Shown piece by piece: positions 23,488 to 24,000 of a DNA stretch of 24,000 nt (position 1 is its first letter; each line of letters begins with the position of its first letter). The translations under genes were made by a program, and so were the position numbers. The notes under the pieces are model-generated. The model was not told the DNA's origin. It did not search any database and worked only from the letters and a program-made list of their open reading frames with translations. Origin of the DNA: Patescibacteria group bacterium. GTDB lineage: Bacteria; Patescibacteriota; Minisyncoccia; Portnoybacterales; UBA2143. The stretch is taken from positions 4,458 to 28,457 of the forward strand of contig JBHPFQ010000006.1 in NCBI GenBank assembly GCA_042571625.1, in the 5' to 3' direction.

Positions 23488-24000
23488 TTATTTAATTATC
23501 CCGTATTTAGCTAATTTTTGTTTTTCAACAACTTTATCAGAAATTAATTTTCCATCTTTTAGCTCTATAACTCTTTTAGCACATATTGCTATATCGCTTT
23601 CATGAGTGACCATAATAATAGTATTGCCTTCATCATTCAAATTCTGCAAAATTTCCATTACTTCCTGACCTGATTTACTATCTAAATTTCCTGTTGGTTC
23701 ATCAGCTAAAATTAAGAGAGGATTATTCATTAGCGCTCTAACAATAGCAACTCTTTGCTGTTCTCCTCCAGATAATTGATTTGGCTTATGATCCATTCTA
23801 TGGGAAAGCCCTAACTTATCCAAAAGCTCTTTTGCCCTATGTTCAGATTTCTTCCTATCTAATTTTGGTGTATAAATAGTCGGAAGTAAAACATTATCCA
23901 AAACACTTGTTCTTTGAAGAAGATTATATGCCTGAAAAACAAAACCGACTTTCTGATTCCTTATTTCTGCAAGCTTTTCATCATCAAACTCGCTAACTTC
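23488..24000 (-). CDS. ABC transporter ATP-binding protein (MacB/LolD-like). C-terminal 170 aa only; the N-terminus lies outside the window.
   Basis: The frame stays open from 24000: EVSEFDDEKLAEIRNQKVGFVFQAYNLLQRTSVLDNVLLPT... It then shows LSGGEQQRVAIVRAL (ABC signature), LILADEPTGNLD (Walker B) and VTHE (H-loop). The M at 23901 used by the ORF track is internal. Confidence 0.9.
   Translation of the reverse strand, partial: EVSEFDDEKLAEIRNQKVGFVFQAYNLLQRTSVLDNVLLPTIYTPKLDRKKSEHRAKELLDKLGLSHRMDHKPNQLSGGEQQRVAIVRALMNNPLLILADEPTGNLDSKSGQEVMEILQNLNDEGNTIIMVTHESDIAICAKRVIELKDGKLISDKVVEKQKLAKYGIIK

Noticed and set aside
1-24000. A search by eye for CRISPR repeats, IS or transposase genes, integrases, long direct or inverted repeats, phage genes, and defence or toxin-antitoxin modules.
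   Set aside because: None was found. The only sizeable internal similarity is between the two paralogous permease genes. Every intergenic gap longer than 40 nt is accounted for by tRNAs, rpmG, promoters, terminators or the rplJ leader.

Overview
This is a visibly AT-rich, very tightly packed chromosomal housekeeping region. Many gene junctions have 0-10 nt gaps, including ATGA and TAA-ATG junctions. I support 28 CDS (2 cut by the window edges) and 5 tRNA genes.

On the minus strand, from high to low coordinates:
- A MacB-type ABC exporter: an ATPase plus two paralogous permeases.
- A membrane pyrophosphatase (hppA), a small 2-TM protein and a SIMPL-domain protein.
- mnmA, a secreted thioredoxin-fold/CcdA-like fusion protein and a phosphomannomutase/phosphoglucomutase.
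- rpsB-tsf, a TPR membrane protein, then tRNA-Thr, tRNA-Tyr, tRNA-Thr, rpmG (L33, missed by the ORF track) and tRNA-Trp.
- uppS and mltG, then rplJ-rplL.
- A wHTH protein, tRNA-Val and two membrane proteins.
- The start of a dcw cluster: mraZ-rsmH-ftsL-ftsI-murF.

A short plus-strand block at 12120-14056 carries rpmE-prfA-trpS.

TGA is used as a stop codon (5422-5424 and 13074-13076), so the standard bacterial code applies. The small, domain-trimmed proteins, the AT-richness and the gene content suggest a reduced-genome bacterium of the CPR/Patescibacteria kind. That placement is inference only.

I found no mobile element, CRISPR array, defence gene or toxin-antitoxin pair. I found no convincing novel multi-gene system, and the window looks like core genome.

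The observations most worth a second look are:
1. An RF1 that lacks the whole N-terminal domain 1 and is fused stop-to-start with rpmE.
2. A 149-aa minimal EF-Ts.
3. An rplJ leader with a promoter and mutually exclusive 9-bp and 7-bp helices ending in a U-tract that abuts the start codon.
4. An exact-consensus promoter embedded in a helically phased array of GTGG(A/G) boxes in front of mraZ.
5. A pyrophosphatase whose signature residues point to a K+-dependent, possibly Na+-pumping enzyme.
6. A CPHC thioredoxin-fold domain fused to a CcdA-like membrane domain.
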